Positions 18,144 to 27,107 of a stretch of 64,000 bases of DNA are shown here, one piece after another. The notes under the pieces are model-generated. The model did not search any database and was not told the origin of the DNA. It worked only from the letters and a program-made list of their open reading frames with translations. The position numbers and the translations under genes were made by a program. This stretch comes from an uncultured delta proteobacterium. GTDB taxonomy: Bacteria; Myxococcota_A; Polyangia; Polyangiales; Polyangiaceae. The stretch is from contig CAWAIF010000003.1 in assembly GCA_963782055.1 (NCBI GenBank), forward strand, positions 6,272,001 through 6,336,000. Reading direction: 5' to 3'. Every line of letters begins with the position of its first letter. The stretch's first letter is position 1.

Positions 18144-19450
18144 GGTCGCCCGCCACGTGCCGCGACTGGGCGCGCGTCTTCGAGGCCGAGCTCGTCGACG
18201 ACGCCGTCCCGGAGGAGCTGCGGGAGCAGGCCTCCGCCCACGAGGCCGCCTGCGCGCAGTGCGCGGCGGAGCGGGAGACGTGGCGCGCGCTCGCTGCCCT
18301 GCCGGAGGAGCGCGCCGGGACCGACGCCGCCTTCGCGCAGGGGGTGCTCGCCGCGCTCGACCGGAGCAAGGTGATCCGCGTCCGGCGGTGGTGGGCCGCC
18401 GTGGCCGTCGCGACCGCCGCCGCCGCAGCCGTCCTCCTCGTGCTGCGCGCGCGCCACCAGGCGCCGCCGGCGTCCCCCGTGGAGGTGGCGAGCGTGCAGG
18501 TGTCCGAGCTCTCCGGCGAGGTGAAGGTCGACGGCGCGCCCGCCGCCGTCGCGGGGGCCGTACGCCCGTCGTCCGTCGTGTCCACCGGCGCCGGCCGCGC
18601 CTGCCTGACGGTGGACCCGCGGGTCCGCCTGTGCATGGACCACGACACCGAGGTGGCCGTCGCCGACGTCACGCTCGCGCATCGCCGCGTGGACCTGCGG
18701 CGCGGCCGCGTCGTGGTGTCGCTCGCCCCGCAGCCCGCGGGCTCGACCTTCAGCGTCTCCACGCGCGCCGGGAGCGTCACGGCGATCGGGACGGCCTTCG
18801 CGGTGGACGCGTCGGGCGACGCGGTGGTGGCGCGCGTGCTGCACGGGGTCGTCCTCGTCCGCAGCGGCGCGGCGGAGCAGCGCCTCGGCGCGCACGAGCG
18901 CATGGTGCTCGGCGCGCAGGTGCGCTCCACCTGCTCGGACGACGAGGTGCGCGCCGACCAGGCGCTGCTGGACGGCAGACCGTCTCCGGGGCCCGCGCCG
19001 TCGGCGGCGAGCACCATCCCGTCGGTGGACATCGGCGCCCTCCCGATCGCCTCGGCCTCAGCCGCGCCGCAGCCCTCGCCCGCCGACCTGCTCCGCACGG
19101 CCCGCTCGCAGCGCGGCGATCGCGAGCTGGCCCAGGCGGCCGGCACCTACCGCAAGCTGCAGAGCCTCTACCCGGCCAGCGTGGAGGCACGAGCCTCCTA
19201 CGTCTCGCTGGGAGAGCTGCAACTCGGCGGGCTGAACGATCCCGGCGGGGCCCTCCGCTCCTTCGACGCGTACCTGGCGAGCCCCGGCACGCTCACCGAG
19301 GAGGCGCGCTACGGGCGGATCCGTGCGCTCCGCGCGCTCGGCCGCGGAGACGAGGCGCAGGCTGCGGTCTCCTCCTTCCTCGCCGACTACCCGTCCAGCG
19401 CGGAGGCCGCGGCGCTCCGAGCCGAGCGCGCACCAAGTAATCCGAAGTAA
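18140..19450 (+). CDS. FecR-type anti-sigma factor with N-terminal ZAS-like motif and C-terminal TPR
   Basis: HEAACAQC, a single TM, FecR motif VTAIGTAFAV, C-terminal helical repeats; ATGA overlap with the sigma gene. Confidence 0.8.
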   Translation: MRSPATCRDWARVFEAELVDDAVPEELREQASAHEAACAQCAAERETWRALAALPEERAGTDAAFAQGVLAALDRSKVIRVRRWWAAVAVATAAAAAVLLVLRARHQAPPASPVEVASVQVSELSGEVKVDGAPAAVAGAVRPSSVVSTGAGRACLTVDPRVRLCMDHDTEVAVADVTLAHRRVDLRRGRVVVSLAPQPAGSTFSVSTRAGSVTAIGTAFAVDASGDAVVARVLHGVVLVRSGAAEQRLGAHERMVLGAQVRSTCSDDEVRADQALLDGRPSPGPAPSAASTIPSVDIGALPIASASAAPQPSPADLLRTARSQRGDRELAQAAGTYRKLQSLYPASVEARASYVSLGELQLGGLNDPGGALRSFDAYLASPGTLTEEARYGRIRALRALGRGDEAQAAVSSFLADYPSSAEAAALRAERAPSNPK

Positions 19451-19479
19451 TCCGCCCGGGAGCCCCCAGGCCATCCACT
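19450..19479 (+). promoter_or_regulatory. Putative ECF-sigma promoter ATCCGCCCG-N16-CCACT (copy 2)
   Basis: Matches 17541-17570; lies 8 nt before ATG 19488; overlaps a tandem AAGTAATCCG x2 at 19435-19454. Confidence 0.6.
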
Positions 19480-19487
19480 AGGGGTGC

Positions 19488-21866
19488 ATGAAACGAAACG
19501 CTCTGGTCTCGATGCTCGCGTGCGCCGCCCTCGCCGGGGCGGCCTGGCTGGGATGCTCGGCCGATCAAGTCGCCTTCTCGACCGACGCGGGCGCGCCCGA
19601 CGACGCCTCGCCGGGCGACGAGGTGAACGTCCAGTTCGACGCCGGACCCACCGGCCTCTTCGACATCCAGCCCTCCGCCGAGCAGACGATCCAGGTCGCC
19701 ATCGGCCAGAAGGCGCCGACGGTCGACTACACGGCCTCGATCGGCACCACGCCGGTGAGCATCGGCTGGAACGTCGACCGCGGCGAGATCGGCGGCGTGC
19801 CGCCGGGCCCGGCGAGCAAGGCCACCTTCACGCCCACCGGGACCACCGGCGGCATCGTGACGGTCATCGGCAGCGCGAACAAGCAGACCGTCTCCCGCAC
19901 CGTCTTCGTCGAGCTCTCCGGGCAGCAGAACGGGGCCAGCAACGATCCGCTGGAGCAGCAGCAGATCCCGCAGACCGTCGGCGACCTCGGCAAGGGTGGC
20001 GGCGTGGGCGGCGTGGGCGGCGAGGGGCTCGGCCCCGCGGTCACCGACGCGCCCACGCTGGCGGCGCTCGCGAACCCCGCGCACGACGGCAAGGCCCAGG
20101 GGCTCGCGTTCCTCTACCCCTACGACAAGACCGTGTGGCCGCGCGGGATGCTCGCGCCCCTGCTCATGTGGGACTGGAGCGTGGGCGACGCCGACGCGAT
20201 CAAGATCGACCTGAGCACGACGAGCGGCTCCTTCCACTGGTCGGGCACCTTCGCGCGGCCGGCGATCCTCCAGCAGACGGGCGGCAAGTTCATCCACCAC
20301 CCCATCCCGCAGGACGTGTGGGACATGGCGACCAACACGGCCGGCACGGTGATCCACGGCGCGCGCGACAAGCTCGTCGTGAGCGTCACGGTGGCGAGCA
20401 ACCAGCAAGGCTACGGGCCCATCTCCGAGACCTACGACGTGGCGCCCGGCCGCCTCACCGGGACCGTCTACTACAACTCGTACGGCACGCGGCTCACGCA
20501 CACCAGCTGGAAGGACAAGGCCGGCAACCCCATCGGCGCCGCCGTGCTCAGCATCCGCTCCGGCGATCTCGCGCCGAAGGTCGCCGCCGGCTTCGACAGC
20601 ACCGACGCCACCGGCTGCCACGTGTGCCACGTGGTGGCGTCGCGGGGCGGCTCGCTGGTCGCGCAGTCGGAGGACAAGGGGTACAGCGATCGGCACAGCT
20701 ACCGCCACGATCTCGGCAAGGCGGACGCGAAGGGGACGAGCCTCGCCCCCGACTACAAGTTCGCGTGGTCCGCGCTCACCAGCGACGGCGCGCTCGCCTT
20801 CACCAACTCCACGCACCTGTCGTGCACCAACTACGGCGTGGACAACAGCCCGAGCGAGCTCTGGAACATGAGCAACACGCCGTCGAAGGCGACCATGTCC
20901 GGGCTGCCCAACGGGCTGCAGGCCGGCTACCCGTCCTTCTCCCCGGACGACGCGTACCTCTCCTACATCGACGTGACGGGCAGCCCCAACGACGTCCACG
21001 GCCCCCTCACGGTCGCCAGCTTCAACCCCGCGACGCACGCCTTCTCCAGCGTGCGGTCGCTCGCCACGCCTGCGCAGGGCAAGCGGCTCGGCTTCCCCTC
21101 CTTCACGCCGGACGACAACGGCGTGGTCTACGAGACGCAGGTCCGCGACGGCACCACCTCCGGCGTCGAGGGCGTCTACTGCGGCGACAGCGAGCTGGTG
21201 ACGCGCGCGGGCGCGCGGGGCGAGCTGTGGTGGGTCAACACGCAGGGCAACCCGAAGCCTGTCGCGCTCGATCGCGCCAACGGCAAGGGCTACCTGCCCC
21301 TCGGCCCCAACAACCACGGCGCCTCCACCGGCTCCGATCCCGTCGACAGCTACAACGAGAGCGGCCTGGACGACACGACGCTCAACTACGAGCCGACCGT
21401 CCTGCCCGTCGTCGCAGGCGGCTACGTCTGGGTGGTGTTCACCAGCCGCCGGATGTACGGCAACGAGCTCCAGTCCTTCCCGTACCGGAGCTGGCCCGGC
21501 GAGTACGACACGAGCAACGTCGCGCTCGGCACCACGAAGAAGCTCTGGGTCGCGGCCATCGATCTGAACGCGCCCCCGGGCACCGACCCGAGCTACGCCG
21601 CCTTCTACCTCCCCGCGCAGGAGCTGCTCGCGGGCAACTCGCGCGGCTTCTGGGTGCTCGACCCCTGTCACGAGGACGGCGACACCTGCACCTCCGGCGA
21701 TCAGTGCTGCAGCGGTGGCTGCGGCGGCGGCGGCGACGGAGGCCTGGTGTGCTCGCCTCCGGTCGGCTGCTCCAAGGTGTCGGACAGGTGCACCACCGCG
21801 GCCGACTGCTGCGACTCCACCAACCAGTGCATCGGCGGCTACTGCGCCTGGATCCCCCCGAAGTGA
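19488..21866 (+). CDS. Large lipoprotein with TolB/PD40-like propeller and Cys-rich tail
   Basis: Lipobox WLGC; YPSFSPDD and FPSFTPDD repeats; CHVCH motif; C-terminal CC repeats. Confidence 0.75.
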   Translation: MKRNALVSMLACAALAGAAWLGCSADQVAFSTDAGAPDDASPGDEVNVQFDAGPTGLFDIQPSAEQTIQVAIGQKAPTVDYTASIGTTPVSIGWNVDRGEIGGVPPGPASKATFTPTGTTGGIVTVIGSANKQTVSRTVFVELSGQQNGASNDPLEQQQIPQTVGDLGKGGGVGGVGGEGLGPAVTDAPTLAALANPAHDGKAQGLAFLYPYDKTVWPRGMLAPLLMWDWSVGDADAIKIDLSTTSGSFHWSGTFARPAILQQTGGKFIHHPIPQDVWDMATNTAGTVIHGARDKLVVSVTVASNQQGYGPISETYDVAPGRLTGTVYYNSYGTRLTHTSWKDKAGNPIGAAVLSIRSGDLAPKVAAGFDSTDATGCHVCHVVASRGGSLVAQSEDKGYSDRHSYRHDLGKADAKGTSLAPDYKFAWSALTSDGALAFTNSTHLSCTNYGVDNSPSELWNMSNTPSKATMSGLPNGLQAGYPSFSPDDAYLSYIDVTGSPNDVHGPLTVASFNPATHAFSSVRSLATPAQGKRLGFPSFTPDDNGVVYETQVRDGTTSGVEGVYCGDSELVTRAGARGELWWVNTQGNPKPVALDRANGKGYLPLGPNNHGASTGSDPVDSYNESGLDDTTLNYEPTVLPVVAGGYVWVVFTSRRMYGNELQSFPYRSWPGEYDTSNVALGTTKKLWVAAIDLNAPPGTDPSYAAFYLPAQELLAGNSRGFWVLDPCHEDGDTCTSGDQCCSGGCGGGGDGGLVCSPPVGCSKVSDRCTTAADCCDSTNQCIGGYCAWIPPK

Positions 21867-21873
21867 GCGACGG

Positions 21874-23730
21874 TCAGAGCGACTCCAGGTAATCGACCAG
21901 GTTCCTCCGGTCGGCGTCGGTCAGCGACTGGGTGTTGCCGTGGAGGGAGCCGGCGCACGCGGTGTCGGTGAGGCGCGCCATCAGGGTCGGGGCGCAGCCG
22001 TCGTGCATGTAAGGCGCCCGGTCGCCGACGCCCAGCAGCATGGGCACCTGCACCGGCGTCTCGCGCCCGATGTCCACGTCCTCGGCCATCGTACCCTTCG
22101 GCCCGTCGTGGCACGCGACGCAGCCGCCGGTGCCCTCGAAGATCGCCTTCCCCGCGGCGACGCGCTGCGGATCCAGATCGGTGCGCGCGGGGATACGCGG
22201 GACCGCGCCGAGCCAGCGCGCCAGGATGGGGAGCTGCGCGTCGCTCAGCGCGCCGCCGCTCATGCGGCTGGTCAGCACGTCGTGGGTGAGCGCGGCCAGA
22301 TCCTTCTGGTCGCCGTCCCAGTGGTACGGGGCGCTGCCGGCGACCACGCCGCCGCGGAGCGACTGCGTCCGGCGGTCGCGCTCCTCGCCGTCCTCGAAGA
22401 AGGACCAGGTGTGCCCGTCGTCCCCACCCTCGGCGTGGCAGCTCATGCAGGCCACGCCCGCGAGCGTTGGCTGGTGGAAGACCGCGAAGCCGGTGTCGGC
22501 GTGGCTCGTCTTCTGCGGCAACGCCACCTGCTGGACCTGCTCGGTGTGATCCGGGCCTCTGGTCTCGACGACGAGCGCCGCCGGATCGCGCTGCTGGAAC
22601 ACGATCGCGCGCGGGAGCGTCCCATGCGGCGGCGCCACCGCGATGGACAGGAAGGCGCGAGGCACGGCCGTCTCGGAGAGCGAGGGTGGCGCCACCTGCG
22701 TGTCGAGGGTGCGGTCCGCCTGGACGATCATCACGCTCCCGCCCTGGACCGGGACCGCCAGCGCGCGCCCGTCGTCGGAGATCGCGACGTCGATGACCGG
22801 CCCCGCGGGGACGAGCTCCACCGGCGGGGCGGGCACGCCCGCGGAGAAGATGGTCACCTCCGGCCCCACCAGACCGGTGACGTCCCCCCCGCCGGCGCCG
22901 TACGCATCCGGCGCGGCGACGTCGATCAGCATGGTGGACGCGCGCTGGTGCAGCATGAGCACCCCGCCGCCCGGGGCGCGCACCGCGCGCCACGCGAGGT
23001 CCGGCTGGAAGCCGTCGGGCGCCAGGGGCGCGGTGCGCCCCACGACGTCGCCGGCGGGATCGATGGTCAGCAGCTCGGCGCTGCGAAAGCGTGTAATATA
23101 CAACTTGTCGCCGTCGACCACGACGTCGCGCAGATCGCGCTGCAGGTGCAGCACCCGCGTCGGGGCGCCGCCCGCGGCGGGGAGCGTCACCAGCTCGCCG
23201 GTGGCGCAGGCGACGAGGACGCTGTCGCTCGCCGGATCGTAGTCCAGCCCGCGGGGCGCGGGGCACACCGCCGTGCGATCGAGCAGCGTCTGGGTCACGG
23301 GGTCGATCGTCACGACCGCGCCGCCGCGGCGCAGCGCGACGTGGACGTGCCCCGCGCCGTCGGCCACCATGCGCCCCGGCTCGTCCCCCGGCTGCAGCGC
23401 CACCCCGCCCAGGTACCCTGCCCCGTCGATGGACACCACGTCGATGCGGTCCTCGTCCGGATCGGAGGCGACGGCGATCCGGCCCACGGGGCTGGAGGAT
23501 GGGACCACGAGCAGGGAACCCCCGGACAGGGGCGGGGGGGGCGCGTCCGCCTGCACGGCGACGCCGCCCAGCACGGGCGGTTCGAAGGGCGGCGCCGCCT
23601 CCGAAGAGGGCACGCCCCCGTCGTACCAATAGTCGTAGCCGCCACCGTACGACCAGCGGTCCTGGCAGGCGGCGACGGCGAGGGCGCAGGGGACGGTGAG
23701 CAGGAGGACGAGACGAGCGAGGGGACGCAT
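21874..23730 (-). CDS. Lipoprotein: beta-propeller plus di-heme c domain (cytochrome c peroxidase/MauG-like)
   Basis: Lipobox VAAC; CMSCH and CVACH; RTQSL, APYHWDG, VPMLLGVGDRAPYMHDG. Confidence 0.8.
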   Translation of the reverse strand: MRPLARLVLLLTVPCALAVAACQDRWSYGGGYDYWYDGGVPSSEAAPPFEPPVLGGVAVQADAPPPPLSGGSLLVVPSSSPVGRIAVASDPDEDRIDVVSIDGAGYLGGVALQPGDEPGRMVADGAGHVHVALRRGGAVVTIDPVTQTLLDRTAVCPAPRGLDYDPASDSVLVACATGELVTLPAAGGAPTRVLHLQRDLRDVVVDGDKLYITRFRSAELLTIDPAGDVVGRTAPLAPDGFQPDLAWRAVRAPGGGVLMLHQRASTMLIDVAAPDAYGAGGGDVTGLVGPEVTIFSAGVPAPPVELVPAGPVIDVAISDDGRALAVPVQGGSVMIVQADRTLDTQVAPPSLSETAVPRAFLSIAVAPPHGTLPRAIVFQQRDPAALVVETRGPDHTEQVQQVALPQKTSHADTGFAVFHQPTLAGVACMSCHAEGGDDGHTWSFFEDGEERDRRTQSLRGGVVAGSAPYHWDGDQKDLAALTHDVLTSRMSGGALSDAQLPILARWLGAVPRIPARTDLDPQRVAAGKAIFEGTGGCVACHDGPKGTMAEDVDIGRETPVQVPMLLGVGDRAPYMHDGCAPTLMARLTDTACAGSLHGNTQSLTDADRRNLVDYLESL

Positions 23731-23742
23731 GCGGGCCGCGAG

Positions 23743-23758
23743 TGCACGGAGGGTGCCA
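23743..23758 (-). promoter_or_regulatory. Putative sigma54 promoter
   Basis: Minus strand TGGCACCCTCCGTGCA (TGGCAC-N5-GTGCA) just upstream of ATG 23730. Confidence 0.6.
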
Positions 23759-24199
23759 GGGGGTGCGGGGTGCGGCTGGAGGCGGAGGAAGCGCGGGAAG
23801 GAGGGCCGGGGGGTGTCCGGCGTGTGCAGCGTGGTGCACAGGTGGGAAGGTTGGGGGGCCCCTCCAGCTCGTGCTCGGGCCCATGCTCGCGCCCGCGCGG
23901 GCCGGCGATGTATGCGAGGTCACGGGCTGCGGCCCGCACGGGCGCTTGCGCGTGGGCCCTGCGCGCGAGCTTCCACCCCTCGATGTCGCGCTCCGCGCGC
24001 CATACGGGGAGGATGGTGTGCTGCGCGGGGACGGAGCGGCGGTCTGCGACGTGAGGGACGCGGACTTTCTCCTTCACACGTACGAACACCTTGTTCTTCC
24101 CAACTGGGCCGGAAGGACGAGGTCTAGCAGGTCCCCCGCCCGCTCGTGAGTGAGGCGGCGGTTCGCCCGGCGGCGTGCGTCGACTCCCGACTTGCGTCG

Positions 24200-24271
24200 T
24201 GGGCGCGGCAGGGCTCGAACCTGCGACCCCTACCTTGTCGAGGTAGTGCTCTCCCACTGAGCTACGCGCCC
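24200..24271 (-). tRNA. tRNA-Val(GAC), CCA not encoded
   Basis: GGGCGCGTAGCTCAGTGGGAGAGCACTACCTCGACAAGGTAGGGGTCGCAGGTTCGAGCCCTGCCGCGCCCA; anticodon arm CTACC-TCGACAA-GGTAG. Confidence 0.95.
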
Positions 24272-24291
24272 GCCCCTCCACCGACGCGCGC

Positions 24292-24834
24292 TCACCCCCT
24301 GCGCTGACGCCGCCGCAGCAACCCCAGCGCCCCCACCAGCCCCGCCAGCGCCGCCGCGTCCCCCGCACCTCCCGCGAGCGCGCACCCGCCCGACGAATCC
24401 CCGGGCCCCGACACCGCCTCGCACAGGGTCCAGTCCCCTCCCCCGCCGCACACGCACGCGGGCGCGCACCGGCCGCGGGAGCAGCACCCGGACGCGCAGT
24501 CGGCCGCGACCGTGCAGGGGTCCTCGCACGCGCACGCGCCCCCCGCGCAGGCCGCGGCGATCTTCGCCTGCGCCGGCTGGCAGACCAGCGGCGCGCTGCC
24601 CGCGTCCGGCGGCTGGCCGCACGCCGCGCTCTGGCCGCACACCGTGCCGCAGCAGTAGGGGAAGTCGGTCGGGCAGCACATGCCGCCGTCGCAGTCGACG
24701 GGCGCGCTCGCCGGGCAGGCCGCGCGCGCCGGCGACGCGAGCAGCGTGAGCAGCGCCGCCACCGCGATCCCGGACGCCACGCGCCGTCGCGCCCCGCGTC
24801 CCGCGCCGTGTCGCACCCCGCGTCCCGCGACCAT
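24292..24834 (-). CDS. Cys-rich surface protein with a MYXO-CTERM-like sorting signal
   Basis: Signal peptide, many Cys, C-terminal SSGGC...TM...LLRRRQRRG. Confidence 0.75.
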   Translation of the reverse strand: MVAGRGVRHGAGRGARRRVASGIAVAALLTLLASPARAACPASAPVDCDGGMCCPTDFPYCCGTVCGQSAACGQPPDAGSAPLVCQPAQAKIAAACAGGACACEDPCTVAADCASGCCSRGRCAPACVCGGGGDWTLCEAVSGPGDSSGGCALAGGAGDAAALAGLVGALGLLRRRQRRG

Positions 24835-24894
24835 CGCTGGAGCGTATCACGCGCGAGACATTCCCCCCGCGGGCTACTAGGATGCGCGGGAGCC

Positions 24895-26958
24895 ATGGAG
24901 AGCGGATATCGCGACGCGGACGCGCGCGCAGCCGTCCAGCGCTACGGCGGCCCGGAGGAGCTCGCGCTGCGCACCTACACCGCGCGCCTGCTCGGCGCCT
25001 CGCCCGCGCTCGTGCTGCACGGCGGGGGCAACACCTCCGCCAAGGGCAAGCTCACCGACCGCTTCGGCGCGGCCCTCGAGGTCCTCTACGTCAAGGGGTC
25101 CGGCTGGGACCTCGCCACCATCGAGCCGCCCGGGCACCCCGCGGTGCGCCTGGAGCCCCTGCGCACCCTGCGCGCGCTGGACGCGCTGAGCGACGAGGAC
25201 ATGGTGGCCGAGCTGCGCCACGGCCTCCTCGATCCCTCCGCGCCCACGCCCAGCGTGGAGACGCTGCTCCACGCGTACCTGCCCGCGCGCTTCGTCGATC
25301 ACACGCACGCCGACGCGGTGCTGGCCCTCGCCGACCAGCCCGACGGCGAGCGCATCTGCCGCGAGGTCTACGGCGCCGGCCTGGTGTGGATCCCGTACGT
25401 GATGCCCGGCTTCGCCCTCGCCCGGCGCGTCGCGGACGCCTTCGACGCCGCGGCCGCCTCCGGCGCAACCCCGAAGGTCATCGTCCTGGAGCGCCACGGC
25501 GTCTTCACCTTCGGCGAGAGCGCGAAGGAGAGCTACGAGCGGATGATCCACGCGGTCACGCTGGCGGAGCGCGCCATCGCCGACAAGCGCCGCACCGTCG
25601 CCACCACCGCGATGCACCGCACGCAGGGCCTGGAGTCGCGCGTGCTGCCCCGCCTGCGGGGCGTCCTCGCCCGCCTCGCCGGAGACCCGCCGGAGCGCGG
25701 GCCCATCGTCACCGTGCGCTCCGCCGACGCGGTGCAGGACTTCCTTGCCCGGCGCGACGGGGTCGAGCTCTCGCAGACCGGCTGCGCCACGCCCGACCAC
25801 GTCATCCGCACCAAGCCCACCGCGCTCTTCGTGGACAACCCCGACTACGGCGACCTGGACGCGCTCGCCCGTCGGCTGGAGGAGGAGGCCACCGCCTACG
25901 CCCGCCGCTACGACGAGTACTTCGCGCGCATGTGCGCCGAGAAGGGCGTGACGAAGAAGAAGCTCGACCCCTGGCCGCGCGTCGTCCTGCTCCCCGGCTT
26001 CGGCGCGTGCACCGTGGGCGCCACCCTCGCCCAGGCGAACGTCGTCGGCGACGTGTACGAGCACACCATCTCGGTGATGACCGACGCCGCGGACATCGGC
26101 CGCTACGCGCCCGTCTCCATGTCCGACCTCTTCGACGTGGAGTACTGGAGCCTGGAGCAGGCGAAGATGAAGCCCGCGCAGCGCCTCCCGCTCGGCGGGG
26201 CCGTCGCGCTGATCACCGGGGCGGCGTCGGGCATCGGCCGGGCGACCGCGGAGCTCTTCGTCGCGCAGGGCGCGCACGTGGTGCTGGTCGACCGCGACGC
26301 GCCTGCGCTGGAGCAGGCCCGCGCGGCGATCGGCAAGCCCTCGCAGACCGTCGCGCACCGCGCCGACGTGACCATCGAGGGTGACGTGCGCGCCGCGGTC
26401 GCCCTCGCCGCCCGGACCTTCGGCGGGCTGGACGTGGTCGTCTCCAACGCGGGCACCGCCCCGCAGGGACGACTGGACACGCCCGACGGCGCGGAGGCGC
26501 TGCGCGCGTCCCTGGAGGTGAACCTGCTCGCGCACAACCACGTGGCGAAGGCGGCGGCGGAGGTGATGCTCGCGCAGGGCCGGGGCGGCGCGCTGCTCTT
26601 CAACGCGAGCAAGAGCGCCTTCAACCAGGGCCCCGGCTTCGGGCCGTACGCCGTGGCCAAGGCGGCGCTCGTCTCCCTGATGAAGCAGTACGCCGTGGAC
26701 CTGGGCAAGATGGGCTTGCGCACCGGCGCGGTGAACGCCGACCGCGTGCGCACCAGGCTCTTCGCCGGCGGCGTGGCGGAGGCGCGCGCCAAGGCGCGTG
26801 GCGTCCCCGTCGACGAGTACTTCCGCGCCAACCTCCTCGGCCGCGAGGTGCTGGCGAGCGACGTCGCGCAGGCCTTCTCCTACCTCGCGCAGGCGCGCGC
26901 CACGACCGGCTGCGTGATCACCGTCGACGGCGGCAACGCCGCCGCCTTCCCCCGGTAG
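24895..26958 (+). CDS. Bifunctional class II aldolase / short-chain dehydrogenase (rhamnulose-1-P aldolase-SDR family)
   Basis: LVLHGGGNTSAK, PSVETLLH, DHTHAD, TPDHVIRTK, EYWSLEQAK; ITGAASGIG, YAVAK. Confidence 0.88.
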   Translation: MESGYRDADARAAVQRYGGPEELALRTYTARLLGASPALVLHGGGNTSAKGKLTDRFGAALEVLYVKGSGWDLATIEPPGHPAVRLEPLRTLRALDALSDEDMVAELRHGLLDPSAPTPSVETLLHAYLPARFVDHTHADAVLALADQPDGERICREVYGAGLVWIPYVMPGFALARRVADAFDAAAASGATPKVIVLERHGVFTFGESAKESYERMIHAVTLAERAIADKRRTVATTAMHRTQGLESRVLPRLRGVLARLAGDPPERGPIVTVRSADAVQDFLARRDGVELSQTGCATPDHVIRTKPTALFVDNPDYGDLDALARRLEEEATAYARRYDEYFARMCAEKGVTKKKLDPWPRVVLLPGFGACTVGATLAQANVVGDVYEHTISVMTDAADIGRYAPVSMSDLFDVEYWSLEQAKMKPAQRLPLGGAVALITGAASGIGRATAELFVAQGAHVVLVDRDAPALEQARAAIGKPSQTVAHRADVTIEGDVRAAVALAARTFGGLDVVVSNAGTAPQGRLDTPDGAEALRASLEVNLLAHNHVAKAAAEVMLAQGRGGALLFNASKSAFNQGPGFGPYAVAKAALVSLMKQYAVDLGKMGLRTGAVNADRVRTRLFAGGVAEARAKARGVPVDEYFRANLLGREVLASDVAQAFSYLAQARATTGCVITVDGGNAAAFPR

Positions 26959-27107
26959 CCCCCTGGCCCTCGCTCATCGCCGAGGGCCGAGCCTCGGTCC
27001 ACTTCGATCAGCGCCCCGATGACGCGGTCGAACCCATCCTCCTACATTCTGATCTTGCTGTTCACGACGCCCACGACGCCCCACGACCGACGCGTACGAC
27101 GGAGAGG

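Noticed and set aside
23760..24199. Possible integrated-element remnant downstream of tRNA-Val, including ORF 23742-24149
   Set aside because: No integrase motif or duplicated tRNA 3' end found; the ORFs have no recognisable features.
26965..26988. Hairpin GGCCCTCG/CGAGGGCC after the aldolase gene
   Set aside because: No U-tract and such stems are common at this GC content; not called as a terminator.
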